Counted from the stretch's first letter, positions 1-11,946 are shown. The stretch: DNA of 64,000 nt from Candidatus Dadabacteria bacterium (GCA_028823955.1 JAPPFE010000001.1:22560-86559), one strand, 5' to 3'. Notes: a model not told the origin generated them from the letters alone. Translations and numbers: made by a program.

Positions 1-368
1 GTATGCTTCCCGGGAGCAAGGGTTATCTCCGTTTCCGTCTGTCCGCCTCCAAAGTGCCTTACATTCTCGCTGAAAGCAAGAGGTTTTTCCATGTCTGGCA
101 GATTTTTAAGATCGATTAACAGATGGTGATGCCCGGTATTTGGAACCTTGACCCCGGCCGGAGCGACCCCCATGTTCGCAAGCCCGAATCTCACGGTGAA
201 AGTCTTGCCGACAACTTCCCCGTCTTTCGGAGAAATGATGTACACCTTGGCACCGGGAGGGGATTCGGAAAAATACTCTTCCGCAAAAGCCACATTCCAT
301 GACACGGCCGCGGCTATGAAAAGTAAGGAAAATGTCCTGATTATTATCATCTTGGAAACCTTAATCAT
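1..368 (-). CDS. DUF4399-family exported protein (partial, runs off the window start)
   Basis: Not in the ORF track. Manual translation gives MIKVSKMIIIRTFSLLFIAAAVSWNVAFAEEY...VYIISPKDGEVV...MGVAPAG...TGHHHLLID...HFGGGQTETEITLAPGKHT, with a signal peptide and the DUF4399 GHHHLLID / HFGxGQTE motifs. Start is 368 or 350. Confidence 0.8.
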   Translation of the reverse strand, partial: MIKVSKMIIIRTFSLLFIAAAVSWNVAFAEEYFSESPPGAKVYIISPKDGEVVGKTFTVRFGLANMGVAPAGVKVPNTGHHHLLIDLKNLPDMEKPLAFSENVRHFGGGQTETEITLAPGKH

Positions 369-550
369 GAAAACGATTGCTTATCTAAAGTACACGTTTT
401 TTTCAGAATCGCCACTTCACTTAAATGTCCGAAAAGCTAGGGGAAAACTAACCGGAGTTAAAAAAATGGAACCAACTACAAGTCAGAAAGGTACTGGACA
501 GAACTCTGAGCGGCGCGTTATGATGGGCCTAACCCGGGACCACAGGATTT

Positions 551-1552
551 CTAATTCCAGAGATCAACTACCACCCTTCCAACCTGGCCGCCCTTAAGTA
601 TAAGGTCTATCTCAGGGTCAAGATCTTCAAGGAGAACCGTTCTGGAGATCCGCTCAAGGATATCGAGCTTCCACTCGCCGGATATCTTTTCCCATACAAG
701 CCGTCTTCTTTCCATCGGACAGCTTGCGGAATCTATTCCCACAAGCGTAATTCCTCTCAATATGAACGGATAGACATTCGTGTTGAGTTCATGGGAAGCC
801 ACATTGCCGCATGTAGTCACAACGCCTCTTTGCCTCGTGGACTTAATAGCGGTGGCAAGCATCTCTCCGCCTACGGTATCGACCACCCCGGCCCACTGTC
901 CTTTAAGCAGCAACCTGCCCGAAGGGTCAGTTAAATCCTCTCTCCCGATTACTTCCTCCGCTCCCAGGTCCTCAAGAAATTGTTTCTGTTCCGTTTTTCC
1001 CGTGGAAGCTGTCACGCTGTAGCCGGCCTTTGCAAGAATAGCGACTGCCATGCTGCCAACCCCTCCCGTAGCTCCGGTTACGAGAATCTTTCCGTCTTCA
1101 GGCTTTACTCCACCCTCCACGATTCTTAACACGGACTGTGCCGCCGTAAAACCCGCGGTCCCGTACATCATTGACTCCTTTAGATCAAGTCCCGCGGGCA
1201 GGTTAACCACCCAGCCAGCCGGAACCCTCAAGCATTGTCCAAATCCTCCGGAGGTATCCATTCCCAAGTCGTAGCCATGAACTATAACCTCGTCTCCGGG
1301 TTCAAACTCCGCGCTTTCTGAACGCTCGACCACACCGGCGGCGTCAACGCCGGGCGTATGAGGGTAATTCTTGGTAACGCCCCTGTTTCCTATGGCTGAG
1401 AGAGCATCCTTGTAGTTGAGGGACGAATATTTTACGTTCAGGAGCACCTCCCTGTCTGGGAGACTGTCTAGTTTTCTGGTCGTGATTTCCCTCGTGAATT
1501 TTCCGTCTTCATCCCTGCTTACAACCATCGCCTTGAAATCATCAGAACTCAT
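551..1552 (-). CDS. YhdH/YhfP (AcuI-like) NADPH-dependent acryloyl-CoA/quinone oxidoreductase, MDR family
   Basis: YSSLNYKDAL, GTAGFTAA, VTGATGGVGS and PFILRGITLVGIDS motifs. Confidence 0.88.
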   Translation of the reverse strand: MSSDDFKAMVVSRDEDGKFTREITTRKLDSLPDREVLLNVKYSSLNYKDALSAIGNRGVTKNYPHTPGVDAAGVVERSESAEFEPGDEVIVHGYDLGMDTSGGFGQCLRVPAGWVVNLPAGLDLKESMMYGTAGFTAAQSVLRIVEGGVKPEDGKILVTGATGGVGSMAVAILAKAGYSVTASTGKTEQKQFLEDLGAEEVIGREDLTDPSGRLLLKGQWAGVVDTVGGEMLATAIKSTRQRGVVTTCGNVASHELNTNVYPFILRGITLVGIDSASCPMERRRLVWEKISGEWKLDILERISRTVLLEDLDPEIDLILKGGQVGRVVVDLWN

Positions 1553-1564
1553 TTAAAACCTCCT

Positions 1565-2473
1565 TCAGTTACGGTTTTCATCCGCGCAAAGATCCTCAAG
1601 CGCAAGTAAAAGCGCCTGCGTTCCGAGCCTTCCGTGCCCAAGCTCGCTCGCCTTTTCATAAAGGGATTTAACAAGTGTAAGCCCCGGAAGATCAATTCCC
1701 ATCCGCTCCGATTCCCCGAGAGCGATCTCCATGTCCTTTATGAAGTGCTCAACGAAAAAGCCCGGGTCGAAATCCCTGTCCATTATTCTGGGACCGAGGT
1801 TGTTCAGAAGCCAGCTCGAGGCCGCGCCGCTCCCCACGGAGCGAAGCATGGTACGGGGGTCCAGCCCTGCCTTCTGACAATAGATCAAGTTCTCGCAGAT
1901 TCCTATCATTACCCCAGCTACTGTGATCTGGTTGCACATCTTCGCATGCTGACCCGAACCCGCTTTTCCCTGGTACACGATGTTTTTTCCTAGGAGCCCC
2001 AGAAGCGGTTTCACCGAATCAAAAACTTCCTCATCTCCTCCAACCATTATTGAAAGCTCTCCCTTCACGGCTCCTACGTCTCCCCCGGAAACCGGAGAGT
2101 CCAAAGAAGAGCAGCCGAGCCCAAGCGCCTTTTCGTATATTTCTATTGCAAGGGTCGGTTCGGTCGTGGTCATGTCAACGAAGATGCGACCGGGCTCGGG
2201 CTCAATCAGAAGGCCATCGCGACCGAAATACACCCCTCTTACGTCATCCGGGTAACCGACAATGGTAAAGATAACGTCGGCTTGGCGAACGACCTCAGCG
2301 GGAGAGTCACACCAAGTGGCGCCTTCACTCAGCAGTTCTCCCGCCTTTTCCTTTGTTCTGTTAAAAACAAAAACGGGGTGCCCGGCACGAACGAGATGTC
2401 CGCACATGGGCGCACCCATGATCCCCGTTCCTATCCACCCTATCGAACTTTGCTCGGAACTTATTTCATTCAT
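1565..2473 (-). CDS. NAD(P)-dependent beta-hydroxyacid dehydrogenase (3-hydroxyisobutyrate dehydrogenase / tartronate semialdehyde reductase family)
   Basis: IGWIGTGIMGAPM Rossmann motif, DSPVSGGDVGA, GQHAKMCNQ catalytic Lys, FIKDM. Confidence 0.88.
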   Translation of the reverse strand: MNEISSEQSSIGWIGTGIMGAPMCGHLVRAGHPVFVFNRTKEKAGELLSEGATWCDSPAEVVRQADVIFTIVGYPDDVRGVYFGRDGLLIEPEPGRIFVDMTTTEPTLAIEIYEKALGLGCSSLDSPVSGGDVGAVKGELSIMVGGDEEVFDSVKPLLGLLGKNIVYQGKAGSGQHAKMCNQITVAGVMIGICENLIYCQKAGLDPRTMLRSVGSGAASSWLLNNLGPRIMDRDFDPGFFVEHFIKDMEIALGESERMGIDLPGLTLVKSLYEKASELGHGRLGTQALLLALEDLCADENRN

Positions 2474-2485
2474 TTGCGCTGGGAA

Positions 2486-4141
2486 CTATTGCGATGTGAT
2501 GCTTTGCCGCTTAAGCATGGGAAGATATTTCCCGCCAAGGAGTATGTGACCCTCGCTTGAACCGGCAAGAAGCCTTTGCACGAGATATTCTCTGTCTGGC
2601 CCGAGAACGTTAACCCCGTGGTCTGACTCGACAAGGCACAGAAGCTTTATGTCGCTGCCATTTTTGGTTGCGGTCTCGTAAACCGCAGAATAGTTGAGAA
2701 GAGCAGCTTCCACGGTACCACAGGGAAGAGAAGGATTCCGGGCTCCGGCGTGGTGTTCACTTCCCTGGAACCAGCATGGGTCAGGGTAGCCGTGGAAATG
2801 CAGAATCGACATTTCCTTCTCAATCAGAGAAGGGGCGTAAAGAGCGGAAGAAAGTGCCTGAGAGAGTATAACGTAAGTATCAAAAGACGGCCTTATATCT
2901 CTTCTCCCCAAGTCGACTCCTCTGGGTATCTGAAGATGAAGCTTTCCCTTCAAAAGGCCAATTCTGACTATATCCGAATCCGGATTCAAGTTTGTCTTAT
3001 CGCATCCTGACCTTGAAGTGACAATCCATATGTCCGGAACCTGCTGGTACACCGTCTCATCAGCGAGAAGGGTTCTAACATACCACCTGTCGTTCGAGGC
3101 CGCTCTTACCTCGGCGTGATTGTAATTCGGAATCTCCTGCAGGGAATTCCACATATTCTCATCGATATATTTATCCCCATCGTATCCAGGAGGCTCGGCA
3201 AGCGCTATGAAACCGTACGAAACTCCGGTTCTCCCGTCAAGTATTTTGTTCGCCACATCCCTGTGCGACAGGCGCTTTATCGCATCTATAAACTTCGACC
3301 CTGCAGGGAAAAGATCGGTGCTTTTGAGATCAGCACCCAAAGTAGACAGCTTCTTGGCGTATTCAAATTCCTGCGGGTCGTACTCGCTTACGGAAAAACG
3401 CGTCAGAATAGGTGGCTTTATAGGAGCGTATATCTTCGGAATAAGCGAATAGAGCACGAAATCATCAAGCTGATCATGGGCGTATATGGAATCGGAGAGA
3501 TTCATGTTTATTATCGCGAAGTTCCTGTGCGAAACACCTATAACGATCTCCGACATGTTGTTTATCAGGTTTTTCAGGCCCAAGGAGATTTTTCTTTCAT
3601 AAGTCGTATCCTCATTCTCAAACTCCGGGTCAAGGGACATTATCGTGATAACCTGAGTGTTATAGGGATCCTGGAGATAGCCGACGGTGAAATCGTCCGC
3701 CCATCCGCTTATCTTTAATATGCTGCTGACCGAAAGGCTGTCCTTCCTGACAATCCTGTAGATGTTCTCGGCTACCTTGCTCAGAAACCATCTGATCGGA
3801 GAAAGCTTCTTTTTAACATCTATTACGGCGTTTACCTTCCTCCTGACGGACTTAAGTCCCATGAGCTTGGAAAACATTCCGTAAGATGCGTCCTCGGTGG
3901 TTGCGTCTTCCCAGGAAATCACGTTTGCCCCGTTGCTCAGAAGCGAGTTCCTGAGTCTTTCCCTGTAAGCGTTTATCTCGGTGTTCGGGTAATTTTTCGG
4001 AAGCGGCTTGAAGGTTACGATAACCCGCTCCGACATCTCAGTCGGATTTTTAGGGTTAACCAGGTTCTTTATCTTCGGCATTCCGGAAAGCGCCGCTATG
4101 GTCCGCAGATCTAAATCCGCAATTCCTTGACTTTCATTCAT
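2486..4141 (-). CDS. Uncharacterised ~550-aa protein with a C-terminal class II aldolase/adducin-like domain
   Basis: Long ORF with a GAGG RBS. The C-terminal part has TSRSGCDKTNL..DIV, RPSFDT, ILHFHG, PCGT and ESDHGV motifs in class II aldolase order. Confidence 0.6.
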   Translation of the reverse strand: MNESQGIADLDLRTIAALSGMPKIKNLVNPKNPTEMSERVIVTFKPLPKNYPNTEINAYRERLRNSLLSNGANVISWEDATTEDASYGMFSKLMGLKSVRRKVNAVIDVKKKLSPIRWFLSKVAENIYRIVRKDSLSVSSILKISGWADDFTVGYLQDPYNTQVITIMSLDPEFENEDTTYERKISLGLKNLINNMSEIVIGVSHRNFAIINMNLSDSIYAHDQLDDFVLYSLIPKIYAPIKPPILTRFSVSEYDPQEFEYAKKLSTLGADLKSTDLFPAGSKFIDAIKRLSHRDVANKILDGRTGVSYGFIALAEPPGYDGDKYIDENMWNSLQEIPNYNHAEVRAASNDRWYVRTLLADETVYQQVPDIWIVTSRSGCDKTNLNPDSDIVRIGLLKGKLHLQIPRGVDLGRRDIRPSFDTYVILSQALSSALYAPSLIEKEMSILHFHGYPDPCWFQGSEHHAGARNPSLPCGTVEAALLNYSAVYETATKNGSDIKLLCLVESDHGVNVLGPDREYLVQRLLAGSSEGHILLGGKYLPMLKRQSITSQ

Positions 4142-4238
4142 AAAAAAGACAACCTCACACAACCCGCATCAGGATACAGGCACAGGGGCAAAAAACAGAG
4201 CAAACGAAAGTTCCAACCGAGTCCGGACAACCTAGAGT

Positions 4239-4964
4239 TTAACGATTGCTACGGATTTTTTCAATCTCGCGAAGCATCTCTTCCCGGACTACACCTTCAA
4301 GCTTCTCGCCACCCTCTTTTCCCTTTGGAAAGCTTGCGGTATCTATAGAAGGAAGGATTCTGACTACAATATCCCTGTCGGTATTAAGTTCGTAGGAACC
4401 CTTTTTCCTTATATCCTTGCCTCCCCATATGATCATCGGCACAACCGGCACCCTTGAAAGCGAAGCCATAAAAAAACCGCCCTGCTTAAAGGGAAGAAGT
4501 TCTCCATCCTCGCTTCTTGTGCCCTCTGGGGCAATAATCACTGAAGGCCCATTTCTTATTTTCCTTACGATTTCCCGGACTCTGTTCGTATCTCCAACCG
4601 AACCGTCCCTCGCAACGAAATATTGTCCGCTAAGTGAACACACCCAGCCGATAAAAGGAATCGAGGCGACTTCATTCTTCATTACCGCCCTCCATTCGAA
4701 AGGCAGCGCCGCGGAGAAAACAGGTATGTCTAGGGAACTCTGGTGGTTGAACATCACTATGAAAGGAGCTTGCGGGAAATTTTCAGTCCCCTTTACGTCA
4801 AGCCGCACTCCGCAGGACCAAAGAACTGTTTTTCCCCAAGGCCGAACGGAGCACTTTATAAGATGCCTTACGGCAAGAAGTGACATCACGATTCCCACGC
4901 TGCCCCAGAATGCCGTAAACAGAGACGAAAGAATTATCGCCACAATGCTTCTTATTTTCTTCAT
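4239..4964 (-). CDS. plsC: 1-acyl-sn-glycerol-3-phosphate acyltransferase (LPLAT family)
   Basis: NHQSSLD (HX4D), PEGTRS and FKQGGF motifs. Confidence 0.88.
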   Translation of the reverse strand: MKKIRSIVAIILSSLFTAFWGSVGIVMSLLAVRHLIKCSVRPWGKTVLWSCGVRLDVKGTENFPQAPFIVMFNHQSSLDIPVFSAALPFEWRAVMKNEVASIPFIGWVCSLSGQYFVARDGSVGDTNRVREIVRKIRNGPSVIIAPEGTRSEDGELLPFKQGGFFMASLSRVPVVPMIIWGGKDIRKKGSYELNTDRDIVVRILPSIDTASFPKGKEGGEKLEGVVREEMLREIEKIRSNR

Positions 4965-5010
4965 CACTGCTACTCCGTCGCGTCGCAAAAAGAGTTTCCG
5001 GGATCCTGGC

Positions 5011-5892
5011 CTATGCGGGAACTATAATGTTTACTCCCTGCTCCTCAATCCGTATATCATGTTTTCCGGAACGAAGAAGAAATGTCTCCCCGTCCATGTG
5101 AGCCGGAAGATCGGTAAAGGTTTCAAACCGCAACTGCTTTGCCCTTACTATACTGACCTCTCGAAGTCCCTCGTGGCGGCCCTCAAGCACCTTTTGTATC
5201 TTAAAAAGCCTTCCCAGAGAACTCATGTCGCTTATTATATGGATGTCGAGATATCCGTCGAATATGTCAGCCCCAGGAGCTAGGTTGAACTTTCCACCCT
5301 GAAAAGGGCCGTTTGAAGCACCGAAGAGAAGCAGTCTTTCGCCCGCGACATCGACTTCTCCGTCCATCTCGGAGAAAAACCCCTGGAACCGAAACGCCTC
5401 GATCACCGCTCCAACAACGTAACCGAAGGAACCGAAACGCCTGAGGCCCAGATCCCCGAAATCGTGCGCCACGGCCCCGTCCATCCCTACCCCGAAACCG
5501 TTTATAAAGCATTTTTCGTCAACAAAAGCCACATCAGCTTTTCTCGTTCGGCCAGAAAAAATATTCTCCACCGCCGCGCGCGTATTAAGCGGAATACCTG
5601 CTGCCTTCGAGAAATCGTTCCCGCTACCTCCCGGAACTATTCCCAAAACAGCTTCGGTTCCGTGAATCGAACTTACGATCTCACTCGACGTACCGTCTCC
5701 TCCAAGAGAAACCATGTGTGTAAAGCCCTCACAAAGCCCTTCCGCGGCGATCTTCGCGGCATGCCCGGGGAACTGCGTAAGTCTCACCTCGTGGACAATG
5801 TCTTTTGCTTCAAAAGCACTACGGATCTGTTCAAGTGTTGGCCCAGGCGCTTTTGTACCCGCCTTGGGATTTGCTATTACAAGGTATTTCAT
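5011..5892 (-). CDS. Diacylglycerol kinase family (YegS/DgkB-like) lipid kinase
   Basis: NPKAG, GGDGT, PGGSGNDF and HMDGE motifs. Confidence 0.88.
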   Translation of the reverse strand: MKYLVIANPKAGTKAPGPTLEQIRSAFEAKDIVHEVRLTQFPGHAAKIAAEGLCEGFTHMVSLGGDGTSSEIVSSIHGTEAVLGIVPGGSGNDFSKAAGIPLNTRAAVENIFSGRTRKADVAFVDEKCFINGFGVGMDGAVAHDFGDLGLRRFGSFGYVVGAVIEAFRFQGFFSEMDGEVDVAGERLLLFGASNGPFQGGKFNLAPGADIFDGYLDIHIISDMSSLGRLFKIQKVLEGRHEGLREVSIVRAKQLRFETFTDLPAHMDGETFLLRSGKHDIRIEEQGVNIIVPA

Positions 5893-5947
5893 CCTGTTCT
5901 ATTGCTCCCGGAATCGGTGATTACGGAACATTATGATACCCTACAAC

Positions 5948-5976
5948 TTGATTAATAATTGTTTTTCTGGTATTAA
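5948..5976 (+). promoter_or_regulatory. Putative sigma70 promoter of rpsB-tsf-pyrH-frr
   Basis: TTGATT-17 bp-TATTAA with TGG immediately before the -10. Confidence 0.4.
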
Positions 5977-6011
5977 AACCAGATTTGCAAAAGGAATTCG
6001 GAGGATAATTA

Positions 6012-6932
6012 ATGACAGAAGAAGCCGTAGCTAGCGAAAAACTCAGCATGAAAAGCCTGCTTGAAGCGGGGGTACATTTCGGACACCAGAAAAGCCACTG
6101 GAACCCGAAAATGAAATCCTTTATCTTCGGAGCAAGGAACGGCATTCACATAATCGATCTTCAGCAGACCGTCACGCTTTTTAACAGGGCGTACACTTTC
6201 GTGAAAAACACAGTGGCGGACGGAGGAACCGTTTTGCTGGTGGGGACCAAGAAACAGGCCCGGGGAATAATCGAGGAAGAATCGATCCGATGCAACATGC
6301 CTTACATAAACACGCGTTGGCTGGGTGGAACCCTTACCAATTTCAACACGATACGTTCGAGGGTTGATTACCTGCTGGAACTGAAGAAACTTGAGGAAGA
6401 CGGGCAGATGGAAATGCTTCCGAAAAGGGAAGCGAAAAACCTTAGAAGGGAGATAGTAAAGCTCGAAGGGCTTCTGGGTGGAATAGTAATCATGAGGCGC
6501 GCTCCCGACGCTATTTTCGTCGTAGATACAAAAAAAGAGCATATAGCCATAAAAGAAGCGAGAAACCTCTCGATACCGGTTATAGCAATCGTGGACACGA
6601 ACTGCGATCCCGCAAATGCGGATTATCCGATTCCGAGTAATGACGACGCCATAAGGGCGATAAAGCTGTTCACCTCAAAAATAGCGGACGCCTGCATTGA
6701 AGGAACTCACATATACCAGGAGAAACTGGTGAGCGGAGAGGTTGAACAGGTAAAAGAAGACAGCCTTGAGGGCGTAGTGGTAGAAAGGAAGGTATTTGTT
6801 TTCAAAGAAGCTGAGTCCGATGAAAGTGAGGAAAGCTTTGTTTCCGTAGCGATCTCCGAATCTTCGCAAAGTGAAGACGCTCGGGCACAGAAAGAGATAT
6901 CGGAGAATACAGAAGATAAAAAAGAGGATTAA
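6012..6932 (+). CDS. rpsB: 30S ribosomal protein S2
   Basis: [25 protein letters not shown] and NDDAIRAI motifs; acidic C-terminal tail. Confidence 0.98.
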   Translation: MTEEAVASEKLSMKSLLEAGVHFGHQKSHWNPKMKSFIFGARNGIHIIDLQQTVTLFNRAYTFVKNTVADGGTVLLVGTKKQARGIIEEESIRCNMPYINTRWLGGTLTNFNTIRSRVDYLLELKKLEEDGQMEMLPKREAKNLRREIVKLEGLLGGIVIMRRAPDAIFVVDTKKEHIAIKEARNLSIPVIAIVDTNCDPANADYPIPSNDDAIRAIKLFTSKIADACIEGTHIYQEKLVSGEVEQVKEDSLEGVVVERKVFVFKEAESDESEESFVSVAISESSQSEDARAQKEISENTEDKKED

Positions 6933-6934
6933 AA

Positions 6935-7531
6935 ATGGCTGAAATCAAGGCAACAATGGTAAAGGAGCTGAGAGAAAAAACAGGAGCTCCTTTTCTTGAC
7001 TGCAAGAACGCACTTGTGGAAACCGACGGGGACTTCGAAAAAGCTTCCGAGGTCCTGAGAATAAAGGGCGTCGCGAAAGCTTCTAAGAAAACTACCAGAA
7101 AAACCGACCAGGGAATTATATCCTCATACGTTCACGCGGGTGGCAAGATCGGCGTAATGCTCGAGGTTAACTGCGAAACGGATTTTGTGGCCAGAAACGA
7201 TGAGTTTCAGAACCTCTGCAGGGAAGTCGCCATGCAGATAGCGGCAAACAACCCGACTTACGTAAGAAAGGAAGAGGTTTCGGAAGAAGAAATAGAAAAT
7301 GAAAGGCGGATTCTCAAGGCAGAAGCTATGGAATCGGGAAAACCCGAGAATATAGCGGAAAAAATGGTTGCGGGAAGAATAAACAAGTTTTTCGAAGATA
7401 TATGCCTTCTTGAGCAACCCTACATAAGAGATCCCAAGATGAAAGTCATGGACCTTGTAAACAACCTGATAGCCAAAATCGGCGAAAACATAGTTGTAAA
7501 AAGGTTCGTAAGATACCAGCTGGGCGAATGA
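6935..7531 (+). CDS. tsf: Elongation factor Ts (short form)
   Basis: VKELREKTGA and EVNCETDFVA motifs; follows rpsB. Confidence 0.97.
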   Translation: MAEIKATMVKELREKTGAPFLDCKNALVETDGDFEKASEVLRIKGVAKASKKTTRKTDQGIISSYVHAGGKIGVMLEVNCETDFVARNDEFQNLCREVAMQIAANNPTYVRKEEVSEEEIENERRILKAEAMESGKPENIAEKMVAGRINKFFEDICLLEQPYIRDPKMKVMDLVNNLIAKIGENIVVKRFVRYQLGE

Positions 7532-8856
<1,325 letters not shown>

Positions 8857-8868
8857 GAACCGCGCGGA

Positions 8869-10149
8869 TTACCGGCCGATAACCCTGATACCATCCATAT
8901 AGGGAACGAGCACCTCGGGAACTTCTACAGTCCCCTCTTCTGTCTGGAAATTCTCAACAATCGCCAGCAGAGCCCTGCCCACGGCCACCCCGGAACCATT
9001 AAGAGTATGAAGATAGGCCGGCTTGGACCCCTTTGATTTTCTGTATCTTATGTTGGCGCGCCTCGCCTGAAACGCCTCAAAATTGCTGCAGGACGATATT
9101 TCCCTGTATCTGCCTTCGCTCGGCACCCATACTTCAAGATCATAAGTCTTGGCGGAAGAAAATCCCATGTCTCCCGTGCAAAGAAGAACAACCCTGTAGG
9201 GAATACCCAAAAGTTCAAGAATCTTAGCGGCATCAGCAGTCAACGTTTCAAGTTCCTCGTACGAGTTCTCCGGGTCGGCGAAACGTACAAGCTCCACCTT
9301 GTTAAACTGATGCTGCCTGATTATCCCGTGCACGTCCTTCCCGTAAGAACCCGCTTCCTTTCTGAAGCACGGAGTGTAGGCCACGTATTTAATCGGAAGC
9401 ATCTCCGGGGGAATTATCTCGTCGCGGTGAATGTTGGTAACGGGAACCTCGGCAGTGGGAACCATGTAATAGTCCGTATCGCTAAGCTTGAAAAGGTCTT
9501 CCTCGAATTTTGGGAGATTTCCCGTTCCAGTAAGACTCTCCGTGTTAGCTACGAAGGGAGTGAGAACCTCTGTGTAACCGTGCTGCTTGGTATGAACATC
9601 GAGCATGAAGTTTATAAGGGCTCTCTCAAGCCGCGCACCCGCGTTTTTGTAAAGCGCAAACCGTGCACCTGCGATCTTCGTCGCCCTCGGAAGGTCCAGT
9701 ATGTCAAGCTCCGCGCCCAGCAGCACATGGTCCTTTACCTCGAAGTCGAAATCCCTCGGTTCTCCCCATTTTCTTATCTCAACATTTGCCGTGTCATCGG
9801 GGCCCTCGGGAACCGAGGAATCGGGCATGTTGGGAACGGTCAGAAGAAACTCTCTGAGAAGCCCCTCCACCTCCACTTTCTTCTCGTTAAGGTCCTTTAT
9901 CTCTTCCGAGAGAGATCTGAGTTCCGGCAAAAGTCTTGAAAGCTCTTCTTCATCCCCAGACCTCTTAAGAGTACCCACCTTCCTTGAGCCCTCATTTCTC
10001 TGGTGTTCCAGAGTCTCAACCCTCTTTATTATCTCTTTTCTGCGGGAATTCAGTACGGCAAACTCCGAGAGATCGGTATCGAACCCCCTGGTAGCGAGTT
10101 TTTCGCCCACAAGATCAATATTTCGCTCGATTAATTTAGGATCCAGCAT
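8869..10149 (-). CDS. serS: Seryl-tRNA synthetase
   Basis: N-terminal coiled coil; [25 protein letters not shown] and TLNGSG motifs. Confidence 0.97.
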   Translation of the reverse strand: MLDPKLIERNIDLVGEKLATRGFDTDLSEFAVLNSRRKEIIKRVETLEHQRNEGSRKVGTLKRSGDEEELSRLLPELRSLSEEIKDLNEKKVEVEGLLREFLLTVPNMPDSSVPEGPDDTANVEIRKWGEPRDFDFEVKDHVLLGAELDILDLPRATKIAGARFALYKNAGARLERALINFMLDVHTKQHGYTEVLTPFVANTESLTGTGNLPKFEEDLFKLSDTDYYMVPTAEVPVTNIHRDEIIPPEMLPIKYVAYTPCFRKEAGSYGKDVHGIIRQHQFNKVELVRFADPENSYEELETLTADAAKILELLGIPYRVVLLCTGDMGFSSAKTYDLEVWVPSEGRYREISSCSNFEAFQARRANIRYRKSKGSKPAYLHTLNGSGVAVGRALLAIVENFQTEEGTVEVPEVLVPYMDGIRVIGR

Positions 10150-10315
10150 TTAAAACACATGCTCCGGCAGAAATTGAAAAAAGCAAAAGTCAGGTGTTTA
10201 ACTTACACTCAAAGCCGATATTTTCAAACAATCTGGTACTTTGCACAAAAGGTTCTTTTCGGGTTTAATAACCGGATATATGAATCTGAAAAAACTTCGA
10301 TAAGGGGAGTACGTA

Positions 10316-11035
10316 ATGGAAATACTGAATAACGGAATAGAAATAACCTACTTTGGACATTCCACTTTCTCGGTAAAATCTCCCGGCGGCAAAACAGTGA
10401 TGATTGACCCGTGGCTTGAGGGAAATCCCTCCTGTCCGGAACAACTTCGCGAACCGGGCCATGTTGACATCATAACAGTCTCGCACGGGCACTTTGACCA
10501 CATAAGTGACGTGATCCCTCTTTCCAGAAAGTACAATGCGAAAGTGGTAGCGAACTGGGAAATCTGCGACTGGCTGAGTTCAAAGGGGGTTGAAAACTGC
10601 ATGCCGTGCAACAAAGGGGGCAATGTGGTCATAGACGGAATAAGGTTCACAGTGACCCACGCCCAGCACAGCAGCAGCATGAAGGAGGAAGACGGGACGG
10701 TTATCTACGGTGGAGAGCCTGTAGGTTACGTAATGAAGTTTGAGAACGACTACACAATATACCACGCCGGAGATACGAGCATTTTCGGTGACATGAAACT
10801 TATATCGGAGATATACAAACCACAGCTGGCAATGCTGCCCATCGGAGACCTCTTCACGATGTCTCCGCTTGAGGCATCATACGCGTGCAGGCTGCTTAAC
10901 GTGAAATGGGTTATCCCCATGCACTACGGAACTTTTCCGCTTCTGGTGGGAACTCCGGATGAACTGAAGTCGCTGACCAAGGGCATGGACTCGCTGAGCG
11001 TGATTGCCTTGGAACCGGGACAGCAGATCACATGA
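10316..11035 (+). CDS. UPF0173-type metal-dependent hydrolase (metallo-beta-lactamase fold)
   Basis: GHS, IDPW, SHGHFDH, YHAGDT and IPMHYGTFP motifs. Confidence 0.88.
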   Translation: MEILNNGIEITYFGHSTFSVKSPGGKTVMIDPWLEGNPSCPEQLREPGHVDIITVSHGHFDHISDVIPLSRKYNAKVVANWEICDWLSSKGVENCMPCNKGGNVVIDGIRFTVTHAQHSSSMKEEDGTVIYGGEPVGYVMKFENDYTIYHAGDTSIFGDMKLISEIYKPQLAMLPIGDLFTMSPLEASYACRLLNVKWVIPMHYGTFPLLVGTPDELKSLTKGMDSLSVIALEPGQQIT

Positions 11036-11111
11036 CTTGCAGAGACCTTTTACTTCAGAACTAAAGGAGCTTCTTTGTCCTCATAAAAAGACAGATTCGC
11101 AAAAAAGAGTT

Positions 11112-11798
11112 ATGAAAAATCCGGCAAAATTATTAATCACCATCGCCGTGCTTCTTACGGTTTCCTGTGGGGGAAAGCAGGCGATTTACGAAGGAACAGC
11201 AGAACAACTTAATGACGAAGTGGTTGAAGAACTTAACAAGGAAGGCGGTTTTCCCTGGATATTCGGTGGAACAAATTACGACAAAGTGTTCGACATCCTC
11301 AAGGAAATACAGATCCGCTATCCCTATACCAAGTACGCCGCGTTAGCCGAACTCAGAAGCGGTGATGTTTATTTTAAAAAAAAGGAATACACTCTAGCCG
11401 CTGAGGAATATGAAAATTTCATAGCGAACCATCCGGGTCACAAAGAACTTGATTACGCAATGTATCGCCTCGGACTCTCCTACTACAAGATGAAAGCGGG
11501 GAAGGACAGAAACCATTCAAAACGGCTTCAGTCAATAAAGTGGTTTACACTGCTTAATAAGACCTATCCCGACTCCCCGTACGCTGAGCAGACACAGGAT
11601 AAAATCGAGAAATCCAGAAGAATGCTCGCGGAAAGAGAAATCTACATAGGGAAATTCTATCAGAAGAAAAAGAACTACGAGGCGGCGGCGCAAAGATACA
11701 GAAACGTTCTTGAAAATTACTCCGACACCGAATACGCCGAGAAAGCCAGGAAGCTTCTCAGAGAGACTGAGGAAAAATTATCCAAGCAGTCATCCTAG
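11112..11798 (+). CDS. bamD: Outer membrane protein assembly factor BamD (TPR lipoprotein)
   Basis: Lipobox LTVSC; TPR repeats; YPDSPYA and LAEREIYIGKFY...AAAQRY motifs. Start moved to the ATG at 11112. Confidence 0.85.
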   Translation: MKNPAKLLITIAVLLTVSCGGKQAIYEGTAEQLNDEVVEELNKEGGFPWIFGGTNYDKVFDILKEIQIRYPYTKYAALAELRSGDVYFKKKEYTLAAEEYENFIANHPGHKELDYAMYRLGLSYYKMKAGKDRNHSKRLQSIKWFTLLNKTYPDSPYAEQTQDKIEKSRRMLAEREIYIGKFYQKKKNYEAAAQRYRNVLENYSDTEYAEKARKLLRETEEKLSKQSS

Positions 11799-11946
11799 TA
11801 ACAGGAAAAACCTTTTCCCGAAGCTGCGGGCAAGCAATCCGCCACGTGAATTTAACGACAAGGTAATTTGCCGGGCGGCTGTGCGTATCGATCCGGAACG
11901 CGCGTTTTAATCAGACGATGTAATTCCACTCAAACAAAAAACAGAA

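Noticed and set aside
148-597. 149-aa plus-strand ORF and the many other overlapping ORFs in the track (e.g. 4417-5283, 51477-52574)
   Set aside because: Antisense or off-frame shadows of well-supported genes, with no recognisable motifs.
6700-7531. Acidic C-terminal tail of S2 and the short EF-Ts
   Set aside because: Both are common lineage variants.
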